Positions 48,923 through 59,186 are shown, counted from the first letter of the stretch. The stretch is 64,000 nt of DNA from Myxococcota bacterium (GCA_039030515.1 JBCCEA010000003.1:98759-162758), one strand, 5' to 3'. Notes: generated by a model from the sequence alone, not told the origin. Program-made: numbers and translations.

Positions 48923-50482
48923 TCAAAAGGTCGTGCAGACGCCCAGAACTCCGGCCTTGGCATCTGCCCCTTCACAGGTTTCCCCGCTACCGCATTGCGC
49001 CGCATCGACACACCCATCGAAGCAGATGCCGGTTCCGCCCGGCACGAGCCAGCCGAGAGAGCCCGGCACAAAACCGTCTGGACCAAGCCCTGCGCGCCAG
49101 CACGCGAAGTTCCCAGCGCAATCGGATCCTTGGGTGCATGTCTGAAGGCAAAACGAGGTCGTGCTGCCGTCGATCCCGGCGCAGACATTTCCCGGCCCAC
49201 ATACATCGGAGGGCATTCCGGGCACCCCACAGTCGACGACGGTGCATCCAAACGAGCGGCATTCTCCGAGTCCAAAGGGCGAGTAACACTGATCTTCGGT
49301 TTCAGCGGTGCACGGCAAACCGATCGTGGAGGAGTCGATCACCGCGTTGAACAATCCCGCCACACATCCACCGTTGGTGCTCCCCGCCCCAGCGATGCCG
49401 CCCCACACGCAACTGTATCCTTCACGACACCCTGAAGTATCGTCGATCCACTCTGCGGGAGTATCCGATCCAGGAGCGCTGGGACCTGCCGTGCAAGGAC
49501 TCAGGCAGAGAGGGGTGCCTACGCCACGCTCCTGACATACCCCACCGGGCGCACATCCGTTCGCGGCGACATCACAGCCGAACTTGGTGCAGTAGCCGCC
49601 TGACCAGCCGGTGGTCTCCTCTCGCAGACAACTCCCGTTCGACTCGCACTCCGAATCCCGCTCGCATGTGTCGCCTGCCTCCGCCCCCTCGGCACCGACA
49701 AAGGTGCATCGAAAGCTCTCCAAATCGCAGACTGCATTCGATTCGGTATCGTAGGTCAGTAGGTCTTGGCCGCTCGAAGGATCGATCACTCCATCCCCAT
49801 TGGTGTCCGCTCGAAAAATGCGACACTCGTCGTCGGTGAGGCACCCCGGCAAACACACGCGAGACCCTAGGTCGCACTCGTAACCGTTGCGACAAGAGCT
49901 GTTGTCCTCAACGTTTGGAGCGCAGTCAGCCATACACGCATTCGCGTCGACAAAGTACTGCACGCAGGTCGCACACGGTCCGCAGGGGTCGTCTTCCTCC
50001 GGAGGACATGTCTCCGGGGTCTCTGGCTCGAACGGCAATATCAGACTGCAGTAGCCAGCCGAGAAGTCGGTCGTCGGGAAACTAGTGCGACCTTTAGGGT
50101 GGCCCGCTACGTCGGTGAGCGCGCCGCTTTGCTCCGGAAGGCAGGTGTCGGTCTCGGTCGGGCATCCACGCGCCGGATTGCAGGCAGCCCCGGTGGCGCA
50201 CGATCCCCCCTTGGAGGAATCGGATTCGGCATCGAGCGTGGTCGCATCCAGCTGGTTCCCCGCATCGGGACAATCGGCTCCGGCCTCGCACAGCACGCCA
50301 CCGTCCTCAAATTGCTCGTTCGAGCTGGAAGAACCACATCCTCCAAGCATCGCTGAGCCGCATAGAACCGCAGTACATGCGCAAAGAGCCAAACACAAAA
50401 TAGGGCTCACATTTCGAGCCGTTTCGTCATCCGAAGCGACCGCATTGCTGCCTTGAACCAAGTTCTGCGACCACCTCTTCAT
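48923..50482 (-). CDS. Cys-rich repeat lipoprotein (myxobacterial type)
   Basis: Lipobox LGGC; recurring (S/A/G)GYC and CR(N/E)GY.C modules; Ca-binding-like DTNGDG. Confidence 0.8.
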   Translation of the reverse strand: MKRWSQNLVQGSNAVASDDETARNVSPILCLALCACTAVLCGSAMLGGCGSSSSNEQFEDGGVLCEAGADCPDAGNQLDATTLDAESDSSKGGSCATGAACNPARGCPTETDTCLPEQSGALTDVAGHPKGRTSFPTTDFSAGYCSLILPFEPETPETCPPEEDDPCGPCATCVQYFVDANACMADCAPNVEDNSSCRNGYECDLGSRVCLPGCLTDDECRIFRADTNGDGVIDPSSGQDLLTYDTESNAVCDLESFRCTFVGAEGAEAGDTCERDSECESNGSCLREETTGWSGGYCTKFGCDVAANGCAPGGVCQERGVGTPLCLSPCTAGPSAPGSDTPAEWIDDTSGCREGYSCVWGGIAGAGSTNGGCVAGLFNAVIDSSTIGLPCTAETEDQCYSPFGLGECRSFGCTVVDCGVPGMPSDVCGPGNVCAGIDGSTTSFCLQTCTQGSDCAGNFACWRAGLGPDGFVPGSLGWLVPGGTGICFDGCVDAAQCGSGETCEGADAKAGVLGVCTTF

Positions 50483-50697
50483 ACGACATCTCCCTTTTGA
50501 ACCTCAGATTTGATTCTGGACATCAGGCTTAGACATTGTCGACACACGCCAAATGCGCGCTCATTAGACCACAACCTAAATCGAGGCGGCACCCTCCTCT
50601 ATAGATTTACGTACTTCCATTGAGGGATGTTCCCTGCCGTCCTCGTCACGCAGGGCCTCACACCTGGCCTTGATCGCACCTTTGGCTTTTTCCAAGC

Positions 50698-52236
50698 TTG
50701 CCACCGCACATGAATGAGGGTCGCATGAGAAGCCGAGGTCGCATACCGATGTCTCGATTGGGTCAGGTGCTGCTTCTGACTGCGTGGGTCTTTGCGATCG
50801 CCTACCTCGCGTGGCCCGACCAGGTCTATTCGTTTCCCACCTGGTACTGGCCGAATCCGCAACCCTGGTGGTGGCCGTACCGCCGGCTGTCGCACGTCTA
50901 CAGCGCGAAGGTGGTGCTGCTTGCGCTGCTGAGCACGGGGCTTTTTGCCGCGTCGGTATACGCCACCCGCAAGCGCTGGGCGCTCCTCGCGGTTGCGGCC
51001 GGCTGCTTCTGCCTCAACGCCGGCGTGATCGATCTGCCGGGTGATCCTCAGCGCCACGTCGCACGGATGCTCCCGAACGGCCACAGTCATTTCTTTGCCC
51101 GCGCTGCGCTTCATCCGCAGATACTGCACACGCTCACGGAATTCGAAACGCTGGTGCGAGACGGGGACCCGGCCACGTACGCACGCACCAAGGGGCCCGC
51201 GAACCTCGCCTACCACGTGGCGCTCTTTCGATTCGCACAGTGGGGGCCCATCGCGGAGCATCTGGCAGACGCATCAACCCTGCAGCCCTCCCCGCACATC
51301 GCCGTCTGGAAGCATCTCAGTCAAAAGTACCCGCGGCTCACCGAGCACCACGGCAGGCAAATTCATCGCGCGCTGCGGGTGATGCCCTGGGTGACCTCTA
51401 TAGAGCGCTGTTTGGTATGCGTGATGGCGTTCTTTTGGGGCCTTGCGCTCTGGAATCTCCAATACGCAACCATCGCATCGATCGCTGCCGCTACTGTGGT
51501 TGCGCCACTTTCAGAGCACCTTTCACTGGATCGAGGGCTCTTTCCCCTGCTCTTCGCGCTGTCCCTAATGCTGCAAACCTGGGCGGTCGCGCGCCGCAGC
51601 ATGACGCTCTTCTTTGCGGCAGGGCTGAGCATCGCGCTGTACTTTTACTTCACCATCGCCGCCCTATCCTGTTTTGCGACGGCGGCGTGTGCCCTTGCGC
51701 TTTTTGCGGTCTGTCGCCCCCTTCGCGACTTCGCGTTTGCCTGTCGCGGAGGGCTGGTGATGACGGCGGGCGTGTTCGTCGGAATCGCGCTGCTTTCACT
51801 GGCTCTCGGTTTTGAGCCGATCGAGCGATATCGAGATGCACTGTCGATTCACGTCGGGTGGCGAGGCAACGAAGCTGCGTGGCGCTTTGCGATACTCAAC
51901 GTCGTCGAATTCATGTTCAGCTCGGGACCGATCATCGCATCACTATCGACGCTCACGATGGCCGCCGGTCTGCATCGGCTGACCCAAAAACGCCGCCTGC
52001 ACATGTCGACCGCCTTTACGATCGCGATCGCTATGTCGATCGGGATGACCGCCGCCTTCGGCTCGGTGGCGGAGGTATACCGCCTGTGGGGCTTTTTCGC
52101 GGTCGGGCTGTCTATCGTGATGCAGCGAGGAGCAGCCGCCGCAGGACTGATGCATTCGACAGGGGCACGACTCGTCTACGCAGGCTTGCTCTGCACCTGG
52201 TGCTGGATGGGCCTAGACCGTTTCGGTCACTACTAG
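50698..52236 (+). CDS. Polytopic membrane protein, possibly a GT-C fold glycosyltransferase
   Basis: About 11-13 hydrophobic segments with a large first extracytoplasmic loop (YARTKGP) and a late 'EVYRLW' motif. Start likely ~50749. Confidence 0.55.
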   Translation: MPPHMNEGRMRSRGRIPMSRLGQVLLLTAWVFAIAYLAWPDQVYSFPTWYWPNPQPWWWPYRRLSHVYSAKVVLLALLSTGLFAASVYATRKRWALLAVAAGCFCLNAGVIDLPGDPQRHVARMLPNGHSHFFARAALHPQILHTLTEFETLVRDGDPATYARTKGPANLAYHVALFRFAQWGPIAEHLADASTLQPSPHIAVWKHLSQKYPRLTEHHGRQIHRALRVMPWVTSIERCLVCVMAFFWGLALWNLQYATIASIAAATVVAPLSEHLSLDRGLFPLLFALSLMLQTWAVARRSMTLFFAAGLSIALYFYFTIAALSCFATAACALALFAVCRPLRDFAFACRGGLVMTAGVFVGIALLSLALGFEPIERYRDALSIHVGWRGNEAAWRFAILNVVEFMFSSGPIIASLSTLTMAAGLHRLTQKRRLHMSTAFTIAIAMSIGMTAAFGSVAEVYRLWGFFAVGLSIVMQRGAAAAGLMHSTGARLVYAGLLCTWCWMGLDRFGHY

Positions 52237-52360
52237 ACGGCTACCAAGCAGCAGACGCTTTGGGCAAAAGGCGCCTCGATAGACCCGAGCCGCTGGCAAC
52301 CGAGTGAAATCGTCTTCCCGCAAAGCCATGCCACAATAAACGGCTACAGGAGCTGCTGAG

Positions 52361-53920
52361 ATGCGAGCTGGACCACACCCTCCAAGACCACCGAGTCCGA
52401 ACCAGATCTATCAGCGGAGCAGCGGCAGCATCGGATTCGAGTGCGAGCTCGGCCTCATCTTTTTGGCTCGGCCGCAAGAAGGGTGCGACCGAGTTCTCGC
52501 AGAGCCAACGGGAGAAAAGATCTTTGATGGCAAATGGGTGCACGGCAACATCGATTATCAACGAATTCTTTATCCGATTCTCCAACATGCATTCGATTTA
52601 GGTAACTGCCATGTCGCCTTCCCTATTGACCTACTAGGTAGTTCGCTGCACAGCTGTATGGAACTCGTCAGCAAGCCCGTCGTCGAACCTCAAGGCTCAA
52701 ATGAGTTTGAGGCCATGACGCAGTGCATGAGCAAACTTTGCGACCACCTATATGAGTTTTGCAAAAAGTCTTGGCGGGAGGAGAAGAAGCCGTTTGTCAA
52801 GCTGTCCGATTGGATTGAAAGCGTCAATAAGGACTATTCAGAATTCGAATTGCGAGAGAGTTTTCGACCGGATGGCACGAACGTTACAAGCGAACTCGAA
52901 CTGCTATGCACCGTCTTTGACACGGACCTTCTCAATGAGCTCGGTCGATACCTACGCAGATACCACATTGTGCCGCCAGATATCGGCGATTGGCTTAAGC
53001 AAGGTGTTGTCTATCCACAGGTCACCTTCTCCACCTCTTTGGAAGCTTGGTCGGGCGTGGTGCACTCTGATGCGTTACCGCAATGCATCACGCTGCCAAA
53101 GCCAAACACGTCACTGGGATTTCCCGAACGAATATTCGATCGTCGCCATGGACCGGTCGGCTGCATCCAATCGACCGCGAGAGAGTTTCCGACTTGGGAT
53201 GATCAAAAAATATCGCCGATCCTAAACGCTCAAGTTATAAGCCGTCATCTAGCCATGCAGATGCGTTGCGATCTGCGGGAAGAAAGAAAGTTTATCAAGA
53301 TACAAGGCTACCTCGTGCTGCTGGTGTTGATCTTACTCTCCGAAAATGGGGCTAAGTATGATTTGAGGAGGACTTCGAGTATCAAGAATCGCTACGCATT
53401 CCTTCTCAGGAGCCCGATCGGGGACATATTCAGACAATGCCTCTCAGAGCGAGATAGGCGCGCATTGAGTCACTGGGGTAAAGGCCCTGCACACATCGCT
53501 CAGCTGACAGGGCGCGTCATGACAGGCCCTGTGTTCGACGACAAGCACGTCTCAAAGATGCGAGGCATGGGTGCGTTTCCTGAAGGCGCTTCGGGTCCCA
53601 CAGTGTCTGAATTTCTGAAAGCAGCTTTAGGGCAAAAACCGAGTTCGCCCATAGCAAACGAGGTCATGAATCGGAGCATTTCTTCGCTACAATCGATCGC
53701 GCCACAGAGCGGGGTCGCGAAGGGGAGAAAGACAGCACTCGCACACCCCGTCGTAGAGGCGAGGTTCATGCGCGATATCCCGCTCGACCGGCTTTCGGAA
53801 TGGATGAGGAGTGCCCTGTATTGGACAGCGCAACTCAACGGAAGCCCGTCAGTGGAGGAGCGCTGGAAGCGTCGGCGCGCTGCTGGAGGGCCCCCTTTTA
53901 TCCCGGGTTCAACTACCTAA
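52361..53920 (+). CDS. Orphan protein with glutamine synthetase/gamma-GCS (actin-crosslinking-domain-like) ligase motifs
   Basis: IGFECE (E27/E29), ELVSKP (E101), PQVT (Q220) and VVEAR (E466/R468). Confidence 0.6.
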   Translation: MRAGPHPPRPPSPNQIYQRSSGSIGFECELGLIFLARPQEGCDRVLAEPTGEKIFDGKWVHGNIDYQRILYPILQHAFDLGNCHVAFPIDLLGSSLHSCMELVSKPVVEPQGSNEFEAMTQCMSKLCDHLYEFCKKSWREEKKPFVKLSDWIESVNKDYSEFELRESFRPDGTNVTSELELLCTVFDTDLLNELGRYLRRYHIVPPDIGDWLKQGVVYPQVTFSTSLEAWSGVVHSDALPQCITLPKPNTSLGFPERIFDRRHGPVGCIQSTAREFPTWDDQKISPILNAQVISRHLAMQMRCDLREERKFIKIQGYLVLLVLILLSENGAKYDLRRTSSIKNRYAFLLRSPIGDIFRQCLSERDRRALSHWGKGPAHIAQLTGRVMTGPVFDDKHVSKMRGMGAFPEGASGPTVSEFLKAALGQKPSSPIANEVMNRSISSLQSIAPQSGVAKGRKTALAHPVVEARFMRDIPLDRLSEWMRSALYWTAQLNGSPSVEERWKRRRAAGGPPFIPGSTT

Positions 53921-54032
53921 ATCGGCGAGACCTAGGCCTTCAGATAGGTGAGCCCTTCAGACAAGATCGAAACCACATCGGGACAAATCACAGAAAACGG
54001 CTCCCGGTGACGTACGAAGGCCGGCGTGCGAC

Positions 54033-55166
54033 TCATCGTGCTTGGCGCTTGGGCAGCACCACCCGAACCGGCTCTCGAACGTAGCCGCGGCGAAAACTCC
54101 GCGCTCGGGAAACAAAACTTGCGGACACTTCATGACCTCGGGCGACCAGAAGCGTGCCCGACTCGGTTCGCACGTCCTCCGCGAACACCATACCGGAGCG
54201 TAGAGCCGCGATCGGCAGCTCTTGAACTTCGCGATCGCTTTCCGCTTCATCCTGCGTTTGTGCAAGCGCATCGAGGACACTCGGATCGCCGCGATTTTTT
54301 CGATTTCGAAGCGTGGCCACCGCATCGAGTGGAGACATCCCTCGGGAGATCAGGATGTCGAACTCGCGAGCCACCTGAAGTACTTCGCTCGCGATTCGGC
54401 TAGGCGCATCAAGGTCCGGCGAAGCGTGACTTTGTGCGCTGACGAGTTCGAGCACAGGGCCCAAGCGAGGAATGTCGCCCAAGAGCTGACCGACAAACTG
54501 AGGCAGCCCATCGACCGCTTCCTGCTCCTTAGCGGTGAGCTCATGCCCGTAGTAAAGCTTTTGCGCGGTCTCGTCGCTGAGCGTGATGCTGCCGAGCTGA
54601 GACACCATTGCGGCGATTTCCAAAGGCCACAAAGGCTCGATCGCAAGGGTGCTCCCGACCTCAGAAACCAACTGCCGCAGTCGCGTCGCCCGACCAAACG
54701 CCAGCGGATGAATGAGCGCGAGCACATCGATAAGGGCCTTGATGCTGCCAAACAAGGTTTCCTGCATCAGTTCCCGCTCGGCGATGAGCAATCGATGCTG
54801 CGCGGCCGCCGCCTCCACGCCGGAAAGCAGGGTTTTCGGTGGGCAGGGCTTGGTGAGAAAACGGAAGATCTGCCCTTCATTGATCGCCGCTATCGCAGAC
54901 TCGATATCCGTCTGACCGGTGAGCAACATGCGAACGGCATCCGGTGCACGCTCGCGTACTTGCGTCAGAAACGCCGCGCCGTTCATATGCGGCATGCGCA
55001 TATCCGATACGACCACGGCAAACGATGGGCCTTCCTCGAGTCGAGCAAGACCTTCTGCGCCACTTGTCGCCGTGACCAAGTCATATTTGCGCCTCAGATG
55101 CAGCTCAAGGCCCTCAAGGACATTCGGTTCATCGTCCACACACAGGACGCGCATGCGCTCACTCAT
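54033..55166 (-). CDS. Response regulator: REC plus degenerate HD-GYP-like domain
   Basis: CVDDE, SDMRMP and FLTKP; HD position reads SQLG and there is no GYP; C-terminal 'LRSGMVFAEDV...GTLLVARG'. Confidence 0.88.
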   Translation of the reverse strand: MSERMRVLCVDDEPNVLEGLELHLRRKYDLVTATSGAEGLARLEEGPSFAVVVSDMRMPHMNGAAFLTQVRERAPDAVRMLLTGQTDIESAIAAINEGQIFRFLTKPCPPKTLLSGVEAAAAQHRLLIAERELMQETLFGSIKALIDVLALIHPLAFGRATRLRQLVSEVGSTLAIEPLWPLEIAAMVSQLGSITLSDETAQKLYYGHELTAKEQEAVDGLPQFVGQLLGDIPRLGPVLELVSAQSHASPDLDAPSRIASEVLQVAREFDILISRGMSPLDAVATLRNRKNRGDPSVLDALAQTQDEAESDREVQELPIAALRSGMVFAEDVRTESGTLLVARGHEVSASFVSRARSFRRGYVREPVRVVLPKRQAR

Positions 55167-56457
55167 GATCCACCTGGCCTACCTTCATCGATCGCAGCGG
55201 TTCGAGGGCCTCAGCGCTTGATTCGATACCGAGCGCACCCCCGTCAGCACATACCTTTGAAAGAGCGCCGGCGGCTGCCTGCATTCGCCAGCGCTCGATG
55301 CGATCTGAAGTCTCAACGCGCTCGATGTATTCCGTATCGAACGCAGAGCTGCGAAGCGCCTGCTCGCCGAGATTTTGAAACCGAGCGTCCTCAGACACCA
55401 AACGGTCTGCGACGTGCACTGCGCCCACCACAGAAAACCGCATCTCCTCTGAGCGATGGGGCTGATGGTAGAAGGTGACCGCCTCGACGATCGGATGAGG
55501 AAGCCCCCAAAGTGCGAGCAGCGCACCTCCTATCTCCGCGTGCGTCACCCCGTACCCTTTCATCTCTGCTTCATAGGACGAAATATTTTCGGAGCGTGCA
55601 ATATCGAGCGACTGCTCGTATACCTCCGGCAGGGTGGTTGCGACGATCAGGCTCCCGATGTCCTGAAGCATCGCTGCTGAGAAAGCCGCCTTGGCCTCTT
55701 CGGAATCGGTCAGTAAGCGAGAGGCTACCTGGGCAACGCGCAGCGAGTGCGCCTGAAGATTCGCCAGCGAAAATTCTTTTGACGTCAGACCGTGATCGAG
55801 CGCATCAAAAAGCGCGGTGGACAACACGAGGCTGCACACGGTGTTCAGACCGAGGTGCAATACAGCGTCTCGCGTGGAGTTCATGCCGCGAGCCAGTCCA
55901 AAAAAAGCTGAGTTGACGATTTGCAGGATGCGGGCACTCATCGAAGGATCCTCTTCGATTTTGGCCGCGATCGCATCAAGGCTCGGCTCGGGCCTTGCCA
56001 GAATGCGGGTGAGTTCCAAATATAGTCGCGGCAATGGAGGCAGGCGATCGATCCCCGCGATCCGGGCGCGAATCTCCTCATCGGTGAGTGTTCCCTGCAG
56101 GGTGAGCGACCGCTGCACCGCGCGCTCGATAAGTTCCGCCTCACAGGGCTTGCTGAGAAATTGATGCGCGTAGGGCAGGCAGCGAAGCAGCTGCTCTTTT
56201 TCGGTTTGCCCAGACAGAACGATTCGCACCGTGTGCGGGAACTGCGCCTGGACCCGACTGAGAAGCTCCGCGCCGTCCATGCCGGACATCCGCATATCGG
56301 TCACGATGACGTCGAAGAACTGTGCCGACATCTGCTCGAGCGCTTGAACACCGCCCTCAGCAAAGCTCATCCTCCAGCGTGTTCTCAGACTCCGGAGTCG
56401 ATTCTGAAGGCCTTCAAGCACATCGACTTCGTCGTCCACGAAGAGCACGCGGATCAA
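55159..56457 (-). CDS. Response regulator: REC-HDOD
   Basis: FVDDE, TDMRM and FLSKP; LPPLP, ILQIVNSAFFG, LQDIG, THAEIGG..L..WGLP. Confidence 0.9.
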   Translation of the reverse strand: MIRVLFVDDEVDVLEGLQNRLRSLRTRWRMSFAEGGVQALEQMSAQFFDVIVTDMRMSGMDGAELLSRVQAQFPHTVRIVLSGQTEKEQLLRCLPYAHQFLSKPCEAELIERAVQRSLTLQGTLTDEEIRARIAGIDRLPPLPRLYLELTRILARPEPSLDAIAAKIEEDPSMSARILQIVNSAFFGLARGMNSTRDAVLHLGLNTVCSLVLSTALFDALDHGLTSKEFSLANLQAHSLRVAQVASRLLTDSEEAKAAFSAAMLQDIGSLIVATTLPEVYEQSLDIARSENISSYEAEMKGYGVTHAEIGGALLALWGLPHPIVEAVTFYHQPHRSEEMRFSVVGAVHVADRLVSEDARFQNLGEQALRSSAFDTEYIERVETSDRIERWRMQAAAGALSKVCADGGALGIESSAEALEPLRSMKVGQVDHE

Positions 56458-57728
56458 CGGCGCACCCCGTCCGCTGGCTCACCCTTCCCCTGCAGCGGCA
56501 AGCGCACAAAGAACGTGGTCCCGACGCCCGATTCAGTCTCGAAGTCGATCGATCCGCCGTGTCGATCTACGACGATCGCATGAACCAGGGCGAGTCCCTG
56601 CCCGGTTCCTCGGCCCACTTCCTTGGTCGTGAAGAACGGGTCAAAAATGCGATTCCGGATACTCACCGGGATTCCTGAGCCGGAATCGGAGACGGAAACC
56701 ACGGCTCGGTCTCCATCGACGTAGGTTCGCACCCGAATCAATCCCCGACCGCCATGCCCACTCGAGACGTCTTCAATAGCGTGCGCGGCATTGACGATGA
56801 GGTTGAGCAGCACTTGATTGATGTCGCCACCGTGACAAAGAATCGACGGCAGCGCCCCGAAGTCGGTTTCGACATCGGCGATGTATTTGTATTCGTTTTT
56901 GGCAACGGTGAGCGTCACCCGCACCGCCTCGTTGAGATCGACAGGTGCCTGTTCGCGCTGGGGATGCGAAAACGACTTCATAGCCGCCACTATTTCGCTG
57001 ACCCGCGACACGCCCCCCAGGGTGCGGTCAAACGCTTTGGGTGCGCGCTCGCGCAAATAGTCGATGTCTGCAGATTCCAGAGCTTCATCGATCTCCGAGA
57101 GTGCACTCGAGGACACGCGGATCGCATCGAACTCCGCCCGATGACTTGCGTAGGCATGCACCACGTCGAGCACGTCTTGGAATGCACTTTTGAGAAAATG
57201 CACGTTGTCGCCAATAAACTGCATAGGCGTGTTGATTTCATGCGCAATGCCCGCCGCCAGTTGCCCTACAGACTCGAGCTTCTGGGCATGTCGAAGCTCG
57301 ATTTCAAGCTGCTTGATGTCGGTCGTATCCGAACCGTAGATGTTGGCGAATTGATCTGAAGCAACCCCGCGCACCACGAAGTGAAAGTGACGCCGGTCGA
57401 GTTGCGTCTCAAAATACGCCACTCGGGACTGCTCGATGCAGTGTTTCAGGTCGACCTGGTTCAGACCCGGCAGCACCTCGGCTAGATTCGCCCCCGTCTC
57501 TGCTCCGTCGCCAAGGACCGCTACTGCAGCCGGATTGCTACAAAGCACCGTACTCTGCACGTCGACGCGCAGCACCGGAGCGGGATTGAGATCCGCAAAA
57601 AGCGCCATCGTCCGTGACTTTTCATGAACGAGGTAAAGTTCCCGGGCGCGGTCCTCGATCATTTGTTCAAGAATCGCGACCCGCGCCTGCGCCTGCTCGT
57701 ACTTCTTTTTGTAGAAGTCTTCGGTCAC
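56454..57728 (-). CDS. H-NOX-associated sensor histidine kinase (HnoK-like; PAS-HisKA-HATPase)
   Basis: N-terminal coil '[13 protein letters not shown]', PAS, HEINTP, NAAHA and [17 protein letters not shown]; overlaps the H-NOX stop. Confidence 0.9.
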   Translation of the reverse strand: MTEDFYKKKYEQAQARVAILEQMIEDRARELYLVHEKSRTMALFADLNPAPVLRVDVQSTVLCSNPAAVAVLGDGAETGANLAEVLPGLNQVDLKHCIEQSRVAYFETQLDRRHFHFVVRGVASDQFANIYGSDTTDIKQLEIELRHAQKLESVGQLAAGIAHEINTPMQFIGDNVHFLKSAFQDVLDVVHAYASHRAEFDAIRVSSSALSEIDEALESADIDYLRERAPKAFDRTLGGVSRVSEIVAAMKSFSHPQREQAPVDLNEAVRVTLTVAKNEYKYIADVETDFGALPSILCHGGDINQVLLNLIVNAAHAIEDVSSGHGGRGLIRVRTYVDGDRAVVSVSDSGSGIPVSIRNRIFDPFFTTKEVGRGTGQGLALVHAIVVDRHGGSIDFETESGVGTTFFVRLPLQGKGEPADGVRR

Positions 57729-58282
57729 CCCGCATCTCCGCCTTGAAACCGCAACGCAAATAGGCAGTGAGGTGCCCCCTGATGGACGCAGCAGGTCTGC
57801 TCGTGATCGATTTTGATCTGGAAATACGCCGCCACTCCGTCGAGAAGCCCTTCCATAAACCGGCAGAGCTTTCTCTCGGATTCATAGCGAATGTACAATT
57901 GATCTGGCGACGGGTCTTCGTAGGTAAATTTGGGGGTCTTGGCTTCCGGCAGAAGTTTGCGCACCTCGACATGGATCACTCGATCGACATCGAGAAGAAA
58001 TCCCTTGGCGCTGTCGTATCCCTCGAGCCCCGCGGGTAGCGTCGCGGCCAGCTTTGGAAAGCAGTACGCACCAAACGCGACCAGCGCATCGTCCAAAGAG
58101 ATGCCCAGCGTTCGCGCCGCTGCATTTGCGATGACCAGTAGATCCGAGTCTGGATAGGTGCCGGGACCCACAAAGGGCTCCTTGGTTTTGAGGGGGCACT
58201 TGGAGATGAGGCGCTCGTAGGTTTCTTCGCCCCAGCCCTCGACGACAAACGCTTCTAGTAAGTTGAATACGACACCCTTCAT
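57725..58282 (-). CDS. Heme NO-binding (H-NOX/HNOB) protein
   Basis: MKGVVF N-terminus, proximal H104, P117 and the YxSxR motif (Y133-S135-R137). Confidence 0.93.
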   Translation of the reverse strand: MKGVVFNLLEAFVVEGWGEETYERLISKCPLKTKEPFVGPGTYPDSDLLVIANAAARTLGISLDDALVAFGAYCFPKLAATLPAGLEGYDSAKGFLLDVDRVIHVEVRKLLPEAKTPKFTYEDPSPDQLYIRYESERKLCRFMEGLLDGVAAYFQIKIDHEQTCCVHQGAPHCLFALRFQGGDAG

Positions 58283-58409
58283 CGGCCCTGCTCTCCACGC
58301 ACCTTCTTTTTGCCGTGCTTCGTTCGACTCGCCCCTATTTCAATTGTGCGCCTGCCGTCTCGGGAGGACATGACTCAGATCGAGGCATTTGCTGCCGTAA
58401 GCGTGCGAC

Positions 58410-59033
58410 CTAGACCCCCCTTGCGCGGCGAGCCAGCTCTGCCTGAGAATGGAGCTCGAGCTTGCGAAACAGCGATTTGATGTGGTTGCGCACCGTGTGC
58501 GGACTGATGAACAAACGCTTGGCGACTTCGGGAACTCGATAGCCGAGGGCGAGTTCCCCGAGCACCTCTTGCTCTCGCGGAGATAGACTGCGTCGCTCTG
58601 CCCCGGTTAGGCCGGCAAGATGCGTCCTGCACGGGGCCTGCGTTCTTTTTCGCTCTTCAAAGGCCTCGTCCACGGCTCGGCGCAATGCATCTGGGAGGCA
58701 TGGCTTGGTGAGATACCGAAACACACTGGCGCCATTGATCGCCATGATCGCGGCCTCTACGCTCGCGTGTCCGGTCAACACCATACGAACGATGCCCGGA
58801 AACGTTCCGGCAACCCGCGTCAGAAACTCCGAGCCACACATCCCGGGCATCTTCTCGTCCGACACGAGGACATCGACTGGCTGACGGGATAGAATGTCAA
58901 ACGCTGGCTGCACGCCGACTGCGGTGAGCACGGAGTAGGGGCTTTTTCGCAGCGTCTGCTCAAGACCCTCTAGGAGCTCCAGCTCATCATCCACGAAAAG
59001 CACCACTCCCGATGCCGATTGCTCCATGCCCAT
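58410..59033 (-). CDS. Response regulator: REC plus LuxR-type HTH
   Basis: FVDDE, SDEKMP and YLTKP; LSPREQEVL...VAKRLFISPHTVRNHIKSLFRKL. Confidence 0.92.
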   Translation of the reverse strand: MGMEQSASGVVLFVDDELELLEGLEQTLRKSPYSVLTAVGVQPAFDILSRQPVDVLVSDEKMPGMCGSEFLTRVAGTFPGIVRMVLTGHASVEAAIMAINGASVFRYLTKPCLPDALRRAVDEAFEERKRTQAPCRTHLAGLTGAERRSLSPREQEVLGELALGYRVPEVAKRLFISPHTVRNHIKSLFRKLELHSQAELARRARGV

Positions 59034-59109
59034 TGCTCGACCTGTCCACCTGCAGTGGCTTATTCACTAGATCGAAACGGATGAAAGACGGGGAACTTGA
59101 ACGGGATTT

Positions 59110-59186
59110 TGGCGGATGCTGCAGGATTCGAACCTGCGACCTTCGGCTCCGGAGGCCGACGCTCTATCCAGCTGAGCTAAGCATCC
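59110..59186 (-). tRNA. tRNA-Arg(CCG)
   Basis: GGATGCT TA GCTC AGCTGGATA GAGC G TCGGC CTCCGGA GCCGA AGGTC GCAGG TTCGAAT CCTGC AGCATCC G CCA: 77 nt, full cloverleaf, encoded CCA. Confidence 0.98.

Noticed and set aside
48870..48924. Mini-CRISPR (two 17-bp repeats)
   Set aside because: Only two short imperfect copies with a 21-bp spacer; no cas genes or leader.
54222..55478. 418-aa plus-strand ORF
   Set aside because: Antisense shadow of two well-supported response regulators; no recognisable motifs.
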